Shown one piece after another: positions 1 to 6,668 of a stretch of DNA of 8,613 bases. Source of the DNA: a virus (taxonomy: Duplodnaviria; Heunggongvirae; Uroviricota; Caudoviricetes); the IMG/VR virus record IMGVR_UViG_2563366802_000009; one strand, written 5' to 3'. The notes under the pieces are model-generated. The model was not told the DNA's origin, did no database searches, and saw only the letters and a program-made list of their open reading frames with translations. Both the position numbers and the translations under genes were made by a program. Position 1 is the first letter of the stretch, and every line of letters starts with the position of its first letter.

Positions 1-561
1 CAGCACGCGGGCCAGCAGCCCCGGTCCTGCGATACCCCGCTCGATGGGCCGTGAAGGCGCGGGGGCCTGCACGATGGCATCGCACTGAGTACAGGCATGC
101 TTTTCACGTACAGTCCGGATAACCCGGAAGGCGCTGCGCATCAGCTCCAGCTGTTCGGCGGCATCCTCACCCAGATAGCTCAGCGAGCCTCCACATTCCG
201 GGCAGCATGACGCTGCCGGCAGCAGCCGTTTTTCATCGCGGGGGAGTGATTCGGGGAACGGTTTGCGGGTGCGGGTTTGACGCAGCGGGCGCTGCACGGC
301 CGGGTCGTCAACCCGACCGGTAAGGGTATCACTTTCTTTCTGAAGTGCCTTCAGGTCAGCTTCCATCTGTGCGATACGACGGGAGACTTTTTCCGAGCGG
401 CTGCCGAAGTTCATCCGGCGCAGCTTATCCAGCTGTGCCTGCAGATGGTCTATTTCGCGTTCACGCTCGTTCAGCTTTTCCTGCAGGGCACGGTTCAGCG
501 CCTCCTGTTCGGCAAGGAGACGTTTCAGTGCATTGATATCGTCAGGAAGTGAGCTGCTCAT
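1..561 (-). CDS. tnpC: IS66-family transposase TnpC, N-terminal 187 codons only (3' end lies beyond window start)
   Basis: Reverse-strand ATG at 561 opens a frame translating MSSSLPDDINALKRLLAEQEALNRALQEKLNEREREIDHLQAQLDKLRRMNFGSRSEK..., through a CxxC..CxxC segment, open to position 1. Absent from the ORF track because no stop lies inside the window. Recognised from memory as the leucine-zipper N-terminus of IS66 TnpC. Confidence 0.8.
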   Translation of the reverse strand, partial: MSSSLPDDINALKRLLAEQEALNRALQEKLNEREREIDHLQAQLDKLRRMNFGSRSEKVSRRIAQMEADLKALQKESDTLTGRVDDPAVQRPLRQTRTRKPFPESLPRDEKRLLPAASCCPECGGSLSYLGEDAAEQLELMRSAFRVIRTVREKHACTQCDAIVQAPAPSRPIERGIAGPGLLARVL

Positions 562-609
562 ACCGGGTATATTACCAGGCTCATTCAGCGTCGACCAGGA
601 TAAAGAGGC

Positions 610-957
610 TTACAACATAGTCAGGGACGTAAGCAGTCTTTTAGGCTGCCGCCAGTCGATACCTTCAAGGAGCATCGCCAGCTGTGCCGGTGTGAGGAAC
701 ACTTTGCCATCCCGGGCTGACGGCCAGGCGAAGCGGCCGCGCTCCAGCCGTTTGGTCAGCAGACACAGTCCATCGCCGGTAGACCAGAGGAGCTTTACCT
801 GACTGCCATTACGCCCACGGAAGATAAAAACGTGACCTGACATCGGATCGTCTTTCAGCGTCGTCTGCACCTTTGCCGCCAGGCCGTTGAAGCCGTTTCT
901 CATATCGGTGATGCCAGCGACCAGCCAGATCTTTGTCCCTGATGGTAATGGGATCAA
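610..957 (-). CDS. tnpB: IS66-family accessory protein TnpB (Orf2)
   Basis: 115 aa ORF (MIPLPSGTKIWLVAGITDMRNGFNGLAAKV...) typical of IS66 Orf2; sits between tnpA and tnpC. Confidence 0.9.
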   Translation of the reverse strand: MIPLPSGTKIWLVAGITDMRNGFNGLAAKVQTTLKDDPMSGHVFIFRGRNGSQVKLLWSTGDGLCLLTKRLERGRFAWPSARDGKVFLTPAQLAMLLEGIDWRQPKRLLTSLTML

Positions 958-1358
958 CGTTTGAGCTCCCGTATCAGCAGGTTCAGGATATTTTCGCTGA
1001 TGGCACCATTCAGACGGAGTGATCCGTGCCGGAACGTCACTTCACAGCTGATATTGAGTGATTCAGGTGTCGCAGCAGCTACAGGTTGTGACCGGGGGGA
1101 GGTTGTAGGGACAACATCTTCGGCATCAAGAGTTATCGGGAGCAGCTCAGGCACGTTGTTTTCTGTTGTTGAAGGAGGACGTAGTTTTCCTTCGCGCCAG
1201 TACTGGCGCCACTTGAACAGCAAATTATCGTTGATCCCATGCTCACGAGCGAGTTGCGCTACGGAGATCTCTGGTCGATGCGAGAGTTCAACCATTTTGA
1301 TTTTGAACTCAACGGGATAATTAGGGCTTTTTTTACGCACTGCGGTTAATGATTTCAT
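954..1358 (-). CDS. tnpA: IS66-family TnpA (Orf1), helix-turn-helix protein
   Basis: 134 aa ORF (MKSLTAVRKKSPNYPVEFKIKMVELSHRPEISVAQLAREHGINDNLLFKWRQ...); its stop overlaps the tnpB start by 4 bp, as is usual in IS66 elements. Confidence 0.9.
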   Translation of the reverse strand: MKSLTAVRKKSPNYPVEFKIKMVELSHRPEISVAQLAREHGINDNLLFKWRQYWREGKLRPPSTTENNVPELLPITLDAEDVVPTTSPRSQPVAAATPESLNISCEVTFRHGSLRLNGAISENILNLLIRELKR

Positions 1359-1409
1359 GGATTGCGTCCACCATATTTGGTGTCCACTATTCTCTCAGGA
1401 ATTTCAGGA

Positions 1410-1439
1410 TCTGCCAGACGGTGCTGAGACGACGCTTAC
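1410..1439. repeat. Terminal inverted repeat of the IS66-family element (the one end visible in this window)
   Basis: Plus strand CTGCCAGACGGTGCTGAGACGACGCTTAC; reverse complement begins GTAAGCG. The partner repeat lies outside the window, so the exact boundary is +/- a few bp. Confidence 0.5.
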
Positions 1440-1468
1440 GTATCAGCTGAATTTTATAACCCATATAC

Positions 1469-1494
1469 GGGCGCCAGAAATGGCGCCTTTTTTA
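1469..1494 (+). terminator. Rho-independent terminator-like hairpin directly upstream of lom
   Basis: GGCGCCA-GAAA-TGGCGCC stem-loop (1470..1487) followed by TTTTTTATT. Functional only on the plus strand. It sits 30 bp from the IS end. Confidence 0.5.
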
Positions 1495-1517
1495 TTGCAG
1501 AAAAGCGAGAGGTAATT

Positions 1518-2117
1518 ATGCGTAAAGTTTGTGCAGCCATTTTGTCCGCAGCCATCTGTCTGGCCGTATCCGGTGCGCCTGCATGGGCGTCTGAGCAGCA
1601 GGCCACACTGAGCGCAGGGTATCTTCATGCCCGTACGAACGCTCCCGGCAGCGAAAATCTGAACGGGATTAACGTGAAATACCGTTATGAATTTACGGAC
1701 ACGCTGGGGCTGGTGACGTCATTCAGTTATGCCAATGCCAAAGATGAGCAAAAAACGCATTACAGCGATACCCGCTGGCATGAAGATTCAGTGCGTAACC
1801 GCTGGTTCAGCATGATGGCGGGGCCATCTGTACGCGTGAATGAATGGTTCAGTGCTTATGCGATGGCAGGTGTGGCTTACAGCCGTGTTTCGACGTTCTC
1901 CGGGGATTATCTCCGCGTAACTGACAACAAGGGGAAAACGCACGATGTGCTGACCGGAAGTGATGACGATCGCCACAGCAACACGTCTCTGGCGTGGGGA
2001 GCTAGCGTGCAGTTTAACCCGACCGAATCCGTGGCCATTGATATTGCTTATGAAGGCTCCGGCAGTGGCGACTGGCGCACTGACGGTTTCATCGTGGGTG
2101 TCGGTTATAAATTCTGA
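1518..2117 (+). CDS. lom: Lom outer-membrane protein (Ail/Lom/PagC/OmpX family beta-barrel), a lambdoid moron
   Basis: 199 aa with a signal peptide (MRKVCAAILSAAICLAVSGAPAWA) and C-terminal ...YEGSGSGDWRTDGFIVGVGYKF, near-identical to phage lambda Lom as recalled. GAGAGG Shine-Dalgarno 5 nt upstream of the ATG. Confidence 0.9.
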   Translation: MRKVCAAILSAAICLAVSGAPAWASEQQATLSAGYLHARTNAPGSENLNGINVKYRYEFTDTLGLVTSFSYANAKDEQKTHYSDTRWHEDSVRNRWFSMMAGPSVRVNEWFSAYAMAGVAYSRVSTFSGDYLRVTDNKGKTHDVLTGSDDDRHSNTSLAWGASVQFNPTESVAIDIAYEGSGSGDWRTDGFIVGVGYKF

Positions 2118-2142
2118 TTAGCCAGGTAACACAGTGTTATGA

Positions 2143-2170
2143 CAGCCCGCCGGTTCAGGCGGGCTTTTTT
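2143..2170 (+). terminator. Rho-independent terminator downstream of lom
   Basis: AGCCCGCC-GGTTCA-GGCGGGCT hairpin followed by TTTTTT, 26 bp after the lom stop and 12 bp before the stf start. Confidence 0.6.
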
Positions 2171-2181
2171 GTGGAGTGGAT

Positions 2182-4554
2182 ATGGCAGCAGTAAAAATCT
2201 CAGGTGTGCTGAAAGATGGTGCGGGAAAACCAATACAGAACTGCACTATTCAACTGAAGGCAAAGCGTAACAGCACCACGGTACTGGTGAACACGGTGGC
2301 CTCTGAAAATCCGGATGAAGCCGGGCGTTACAGCATGGATGTTGAGTATGGCCAGTACAGCGTCATCCTGCTGGTTGAAGGTTTTCCGCCTTCACATGCC
2401 GGGACCATTACCGTCTATGAAGGTTCCAGACCAGGTACGCTGAATGATTTTCTTGGTGCCATGACGGAGGATGATGCCCGTCCGGAGGCACTGCGCCGTT
2501 TTGAACTGATGGTGGAAGAAGCAGCACGCAACGCTGAAGCCGCCTCTCAGAGCGCAGCGGCGGCAAAGAAATCCGAAACTGCAGCGGCATCATCGAAGAA
2601 CGCGGCGAAAACCTCAGAAACGAATGCAGCTAATAGTGCACAGGCGGCAGCGACCTCACAGACTGCATCAGCAAACTCCGCGACAGCAGCCAAAAAATCA
2701 GAAACCAACGCGAAAAACAGCGAGACAGCCGCAAAGACGAGCGAAACCAACGCAAAGTCCAGCCAGACGGCAGCGAAAACCAGCGAAACGAATGCCAAAG
2801 CCAGTGAAACTGCGGCAAAAAACAGCCAGGTTGCAGCAGCCCAAAGCGAGAGCGCGGCAGCCGGTTCTGCGACTTCAGCAGCTGGATCAGCAACTGCTGC
2901 GGCTAACAGCCAGAAAGCTGCGAAGACGAGTGAAACTAACGCAAAGTCCAGCCAGACGGCAGCGAAGACCAGCGAAACGAATGCCAAAGCCAGCGAAACT
3001 GCGGCGAAAAACAGCCAGGATGCAGCAGCCCAAAGCGAGAGTGCCGCAGCTGGTTCTGCAAGTGCGGCGGCTTCTTCTGCCACTGCATCAGCCAACAGTC
3101 AAAAAGCAGCAAAAACCAGTGAAACCAACACAAAGGCGAGCGAGACTGCGGCGACTAACTCGGCGAAAGCATCCGCTGCAAGCCAGATGGCTGCAAAAGC
3201 AAGTGAAGACGCAGCCAGAGAGTATGCAAGCCAGGCAGCAGAGCCGTATAAATATGTCTTACAGCCACTGCCTGATGTGTGGATACCGTTTAATGACTCG
3301 ATGGATATGATTACAGGATTTGGCCCGGGATATAAAAAAATAACAGTGCGCGATGATGTGGTCACTATACCATCCGACAAAATTGTCCCGTTTTCCCGCG
3401 CGAGTTCCGCGACCTATATCAATAAGTCCGGCGCTCTTACCATTGCAGAAATTAATGAGCCACGTTTTGAAAAAGAAGGGCTGTTAATTGAAGGGCAGAG
3501 AACAAATTACTTCACAAACTCAAACGCTCCGGAATTGTGGAATAAAAATCCAGGCCTGAAGATAAGCGAGACAAAAACCGATTCCAGGGGTTTTAAATAT
3601 GCAACGTTTACCCCAGAAAAATATTTAGATAGTTCTGGCTCATATGGAATTATATCAGGGGCAGCAGCAAATAAGATAGCGGTAGTCAAAAATGATGCAG
3701 TTACAATATCCTTTAGAGCAAAAGGGGATAATGTAAGATTTGCGGCTAGATTTGATAAAGGGGATTCGCCAGTTGCTGTAGCTGCCATTTTTATTGATAG
3801 CGCCACACTAGATACATTCACGTCTGGAGCAGATGCGTCTAATATTGCTGTGAAAAATGTTGTTCGTGACGGTGAGTGGGTTGCTGTAGAGGCTGTTTAT
3901 AAAGTAACAGACGACTCTACATATATTAACGGCGCCATTCTGATGTCAAACAAACTGGGTGCTAATTTTGATAAGACTAGTTTTATGGATGTAACCACCC
4001 CTCAAATAGAGCTAGGTTCTTGCTTATCATCATTTATTGTCACACCAGGTGTTCCTGCGACAAGGGCGAGTGATATGGTTATTTTTTCAACCAGAAATAA
4101 CATAAGTTCTGTCCCTTTAAGCTGTCTTGTTGAAATACATAAAAATTGGGACTCTACGCCAAATCAGTCCCCACGAATTTTAACCACTATTGGCGTGGCG
4201 ACTAATGATGAACAACTGGTATTTGCTTTCAGGACGCCTACAAGTCCGGATGTAGAACCTTTACCTTATGTTCAGTTTGGAGTGAGATCTGCATATCTTA
4301 GTCCATTTGTGAAGGCCGGGCGCAAAATGATTGCTGGTTTTGTCTGTAATAGCTCGACTGAATTTCGTTGCAGTTGTAATAGTTACCTGTCACCTGTTCA
4401 GACTTCGTCATGGAAGAATACCGGAGCTGCACATGAAATACGTATTGGGGGAACTTCTGCTGGAGGAGAACGTCACTTGTTTGGTCACGTTCGTAACCTG
4501 AGAATATGGCATAAAGAATTAACTGATGCGCAAATGGGGGAGAGTATTAAATGA
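2182..4554 (+). CDS. stf: Side tail fibre protein (Stf-like), mosaic: lambda-like N-terminus, repeat shaft, divergent low-GC C-terminal module
   Basis: N-terminus MAAVKISGVLKDGAGKPIQNCTIQLKAKRNSTTVLVNTVASENPDEAGRYSMDVEYGQYSVILLVEGFPPSHAGTITVYEGSRPGTLNDFLGAMTEDDARPEALRR matches lambda Stf from memory. Ala/Ser/Thr/Lys-rich 14-residue repeats follow (KTSETNAKSSQTAA...). The C-terminal ~520 aa is AT-rich and ends ...GHVRNLRIWHKELTDAQMGE, which resembles the C-terminal strand motif of concanavalin-A-like/LamG jelly-roll domains (inference). Start placed at ATG 2182 (GGAG 5 nt upstream) rather than the track's GTG at 2176. Confidence 0.85.
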   Translation: MAAVKISGVLKDGAGKPIQNCTIQLKAKRNSTTVLVNTVASENPDEAGRYSMDVEYGQYSVILLVEGFPPSHAGTITVYEGSRPGTLNDFLGAMTEDDARPEALRRFELMVEEAARNAEAASQSAAAAKKSETAAASSKNAAKTSETNAANSAQAAATSQTASANSATAAKKSETNAKNSETAAKTSETNAKSSQTAAKTSETNAKASETAAKNSQVAAAQSESAAAGSATSAAGSATAAANSQKAAKTSETNAKSSQTAAKTSETNAKASETAAKNSQDAAAQSESAAAGSASAAASSATASANSQKAAKTSETNTKASETAATNSAKASAASQMAAKASEDAAREYASQAAEPYKYVLQPLPDVWIPFNDSMDMITGFGPGYKKITVRDDVVTIPSDKIVPFSRASSATYINKSGALTIAEINEPRFEKEGLLIEGQRTNYFTNSNAPELWNKNPGLKISETKTDSRGFKYATFTPEKYLDSSGSYGIISGAAANKIAVVKNDAVTISFRAKGDNVRFAARFDKGDSPVAVAAIFIDSATLDTFTSGADASNIAVKNVVRDGEWVAVEAVYKVTDDSTYINGAILMSNKLGANFDKTSFMDVTTPQIELGSCLSSFIVTPGVPATRASDMVIFSTRNNISSVPLSCLVEIHKNWDSTPNQSPRILTTIGVATNDEQLVFAFRTPTSPDVEPLPYVQFGVRSAYLSPFVKAGRKMIAGFVCNSSTEFRCSCNSYLSPVQTSSWKNTGAAHEIRIGGTSAGGERHLFGHVRNLRIWHKELTDAQMGESIK
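2731..3059 (+). repeat. Two ~140 bp direct repeats (2731..2870 and 2920..3059) with a 189 bp period inside the stf shaft region
   Basis: By eye the copies differ at about 10 of 140 positions. The 189 bp offset is 63 codons, so both are in frame, each encoding ...KTSETNAKSSQTAAKTSETNAKASETAAKNSQ(V/D)AAAQSESAAAGSA. Confidence 0.8.
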
Positions 4555-4832
4555 AAGATTTAACACTCAAATTTGCAGACAGGGCCGACTTTTCGGCCTT
4601 TATGGAGAGCATTGGCTATTATGATGACGAGTCGATGCAGGATGATATTCTTATTGACGTGATAGGTAATGTGTACAAAGAAACCGGAGAACTGACTGAA
4701 GATGGCGAACCGGTATGTGTTAAGGAAGACGGATATTTTGTAAACGTGCGCATCATTAATGATGCAAAAAAATCGTCAATATTTGATGAATACGCGGTTG
4801 TAGTTGAACATCAACTTCGTGGCTGGATGTGA
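4551..4832 (+). CDS. Hypothetical small acidic protein (93 aa), translationally coupled to stf
   Basis: Start ATG overlaps the stf stop (ATGA at 4551..4554), with GGGGGAG upstream. About 21 Asp/Glu versus 9 Lys/Arg, net charge roughly -12. AT-rich like the stf 3' half. No family recognised. Confidence 0.55.
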   Translation: MKDLTLKFADRADFSAFMESIGYYDDESMQDDILIDVIGNVYKETGELTEDGEPVCVKEDGYFVNVRIINDAKKSSIFDEYAVVVEHQLRGWM

Positions 4833-4841
4833 GGGAGACAA

Positions 4842-5546
4842 ATGGCTACATCGACAGTAATTCCGGGAGACATCACCACGCTGAAGGGAGATGTCAGTAA
4901 AGCGAAGGAAGATATTTCCTCAATTAACGGTAAAGTGTCAATGCTTCAGACTGATATGACCAGTGCAAAGCAGGATATCAGCTCCAGATACACAAAAACT
5001 GAAGTTGATAATAAGCTGAAAAACAAAGTAGAAGTGAACGATCTGGAAAGTGGTCGTTATGGCGGAGATTTTTATCCACTGACAGGTCGTGAAGCGTTTT
5101 ATTTATGGGGATTGGGCACAACTACAGCGGCGGCAAATCTTTATCTTAATCCTGACCCTGCAATTTCGTCTGTGCTGCGGTCAACATCGTCTATCCGCTA
5201 TAAACATTCAGTAGAGACGATAGATTCAGAGCACGCCGATCTCATTTTCAGGATGCGCCCTGTATGGTACAGGTCGCAATGCGAAAATGACAGGCGTGAC
5301 TGGGGATTCTACGGATTGATTGCCGAGGAAGTAGGAGAAATTGCCCCTCAGTTTGTACACTGGCGACCAGCTAACGAGAATGATGCTCCTGAAGCTATTT
5401 CCAGCAATGGACTTGTTGCCGAAGGTGTAATGTACGAATGTCTGGTTGTTCCACTGATTCACCATATCCAGAAACTGACTGAAAGAGTTGATGAACTTGA
5501 GTCAGAATTAAAGTTGTTATTAACTTCCCGAAGCGATATTAGATAA
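4842..5546 (+). CDS. Small tail-fibre-like protein (234 aa) with a C-terminal peptidase S74-like intramolecular chaperone domain
   Basis: GAGGGAG Shine-Dalgarno 6 nt upstream. N-terminus carries two ~20-residue repeats (LKGDVSKAKEDISSINGKVS / LQTDMTSAKQDISSRYTKTE). The C-terminal half matches the S74 chaperone consensus as recalled: SSIRYK (Ser...Lys at i and i+5), LIFRMRPVWYR, GFYGLIAEEVGEIAPQFV, then YECLVVPLIHHIQKLTERVDELESEL. Confidence 0.7.
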   Translation: MATSTVIPGDITTLKGDVSKAKEDISSINGKVSMLQTDMTSAKQDISSRYTKTEVDNKLKNKVEVNDLESGRYGGDFYPLTGREAFYLWGLGTTTAAANLYLNPDPAISSVLRSTSSIRYKHSVETIDSEHADLIFRMRPVWYRSQCENDRRDWGFYGLIAEEVGEIAPQFVHWRPANENDAPEAISSNGLVAEGVMYECLVVPLIHHIQKLTERVDELESELKLLLTSRSDIR

Positions 5547-5556
5547 AGGAGGAGTA

Positions 5557-5850
5557 ATGGATATAACACCTTTTCTTCATGCGCTTTGTGCTGTGGCTGC
5601 GCAGACACTGGTTGGTCTTTTTACCGGAAACTGGGCTTATGGGGCGATAGCTGGTTGTACGTTCTTCATTGCGCGTGAACACACCCAGGCAGAATATCGC
5701 TGGATTGAAATGTTCGGGCATGGCAAGCGGATTAACATGCCGTGGTGGGGCGGTTTTGATCCGCGTGTTTGGGATGTGGCAAGCCTGATGGATTTTGCTG
5801 TGCCGGTGGTGGCGTGTCTGCTGATCTGGCTGTTGGTTAATCGTGGGTGA
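5557..5850 (+). CDS. Hypothetical small membrane protein (97 aa, 2-3 predicted transmembrane segments)
   Basis: Strong Shine-Dalgarno (AAGGAGGAG) 2-4 nt upstream of the ATG. Hydrophobic stretches at residues ~3-39 and ~71-94 flank a Trp/Gly/Arg-rich loop (RWIEMFGHGKRINMPWWGGFDPRVW). More GC-rich than the two preceding genes. No family recognised. Confidence 0.55.
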   Translation: MDITPFLHALCAVAAQTLVGLFTGNWAYGAIAGCTFFIAREHTQAEYRWIEMFGHGKRINMPWWGGFDPRVWDVASLMDFAVPVVACLLIWLLVNRG

Positions 5851-5860
5851 AAAAAGGTGA

Positions 5861-5980
5861 GCTGTATATGCAACGGAGGAAGAAACCCCGTTGCTGGAAG
5901 CCAGGAAAAAGTATCGGGTGTTGCTGAACCGTGTTGATACGTCAACTGCACAGGATATTGAATGGCCAGCACTGCCGTAG
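5861..5980 (+). pseudogene. tfa: 3' remnant (~40 codons) of a tail fibre assembly gene tfa; no start codon, 5' part missing
   Basis: Frame open 5861..5977 encodes [39 protein letters not shown], matching the conserved C-terminus of lambda-type Tfa (...[31 protein letters not shown]..., recalled). An in-frame TGA lies at 5858..5860. Confidence 0.7.
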
Positions 5981-6077
5981 GGTAAAACATATAAATTCTA
6001 TAATTAGATGTATCTTTCCATTTACGGCAAGGAAGGGGGCTTGGAAGACGTAAAGCATCTCACACCGAGATTATTTT

Positions 6078-6668
6078 TTATATGTCAGGTGTCTGAAGTT
6101 TTGCTTTGGCTCTTAAAATGGTTTGCCGCGAGGTTTTGAATTCCCGGGCAATGGCACTTATACTTACACCTGACTTAATCCGTTCGAATACCACCTGTTT
6201 CTGTTCTTCATTTAACACAGGTGGTCGACCAAAACGTTTCCCTGCGCCCCGGGCTCTTACTATCCCGGAATGAGTGCGTTCAAGTAAAAGGTCTCGTTCA
6301 AATTCAGCGACTGCTGAAATTACTTGCATCATCATTTTTCCTGTTGGACTGGTCAGGTCAATGCCCCCCAATGCTAAGCAATGCACTCTGATACCTGTTT
6401 CGGTCAGTTGTTCCACTGTTTTCCTGATATCCATTGCATTACAACCAAGGCGATCCAATTTTGTCACAATCAATTGATCACCACATTTCAGGCGAGCAAG
6501 CAACCGGTTAAAACCAGGACGCTCACTGGTTGCTGCTGAGCCGCTAATGTGTTCTTCGATTATTTGCTGAGGTTTGATTTTAAAACCTGCACTTTCGATT
6601 TCCCGGCGTTGATTTTCGGTGGTCTGATCCAGCGTTGATATCCGACAGTAAGCAAAAATTCGAGACAT
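6078..6668 (-). CDS. pinR: Serine recombinase (resolvase/invertase family), positional equivalent of Rac PinR
   Basis: 196 aa; N-terminus [20 protein letters not shown] carries the catalytic-serine motif of small serine recombinases, and the C-terminal region reads as a helix-turn-helix ([23 protein letters not shown]). Convergent with the tail-fibre operon, as pin is in Rac/Qin/e14 (recalled). Confidence 0.85.

Larger units (their letters stand above)
1..1439 (-). mobile_element. IS66-family insertion sequence, partial (runs past the window start); one terminal inverted repeat ends near 1439
   Basis: Three minus-strand genes in canonical IS66 order tnpA-tnpB-tnpC, with tnpA/tnpB overlapping by 4 bp. 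The minus-strand end reads 5'-GTAAGCGTCGTCTCAGCACCGTCTGGCAG (plus 1411..1439), consistent with the GTAA-type terminal repeats of IS66-family elements (recalled, not searched). Confidence 0.85.

Noticed and set aside
277-1320. Plus-strand ORFs across the IS66 genes (277..552, 345..536, 533..802, 961..1320)
   Set aside because: They are antisense to the well-supported tnpC/tnpB/tnpA genes and have no recognisable product.
2547-3310. Long alternative-frame and antisense ORFs inside stf (2547..3095 minus, 2624..3310 plus, 2630..2893 minus, 2936..3133 minus, 3099..3380 minus)
   Set aside because: They lie wholly within the stf repeat region, where the repetitive GCN/AAR codon pattern suppresses stop codons in other frames. 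Their products are low-complexity (poly-Ala/Leu/Phe or Arg/Gln/Lys-rich) and have no ribosome-binding sites. stf is the supported frame.
5637-5990. Minus-strand ORF of 117 aa spanning orf97 and the tfa remnant
   Set aside because: It is antisense to a gene with a strong ribosome-binding site and to the recognisable Tfa C-terminal frame; no similarity recognised.
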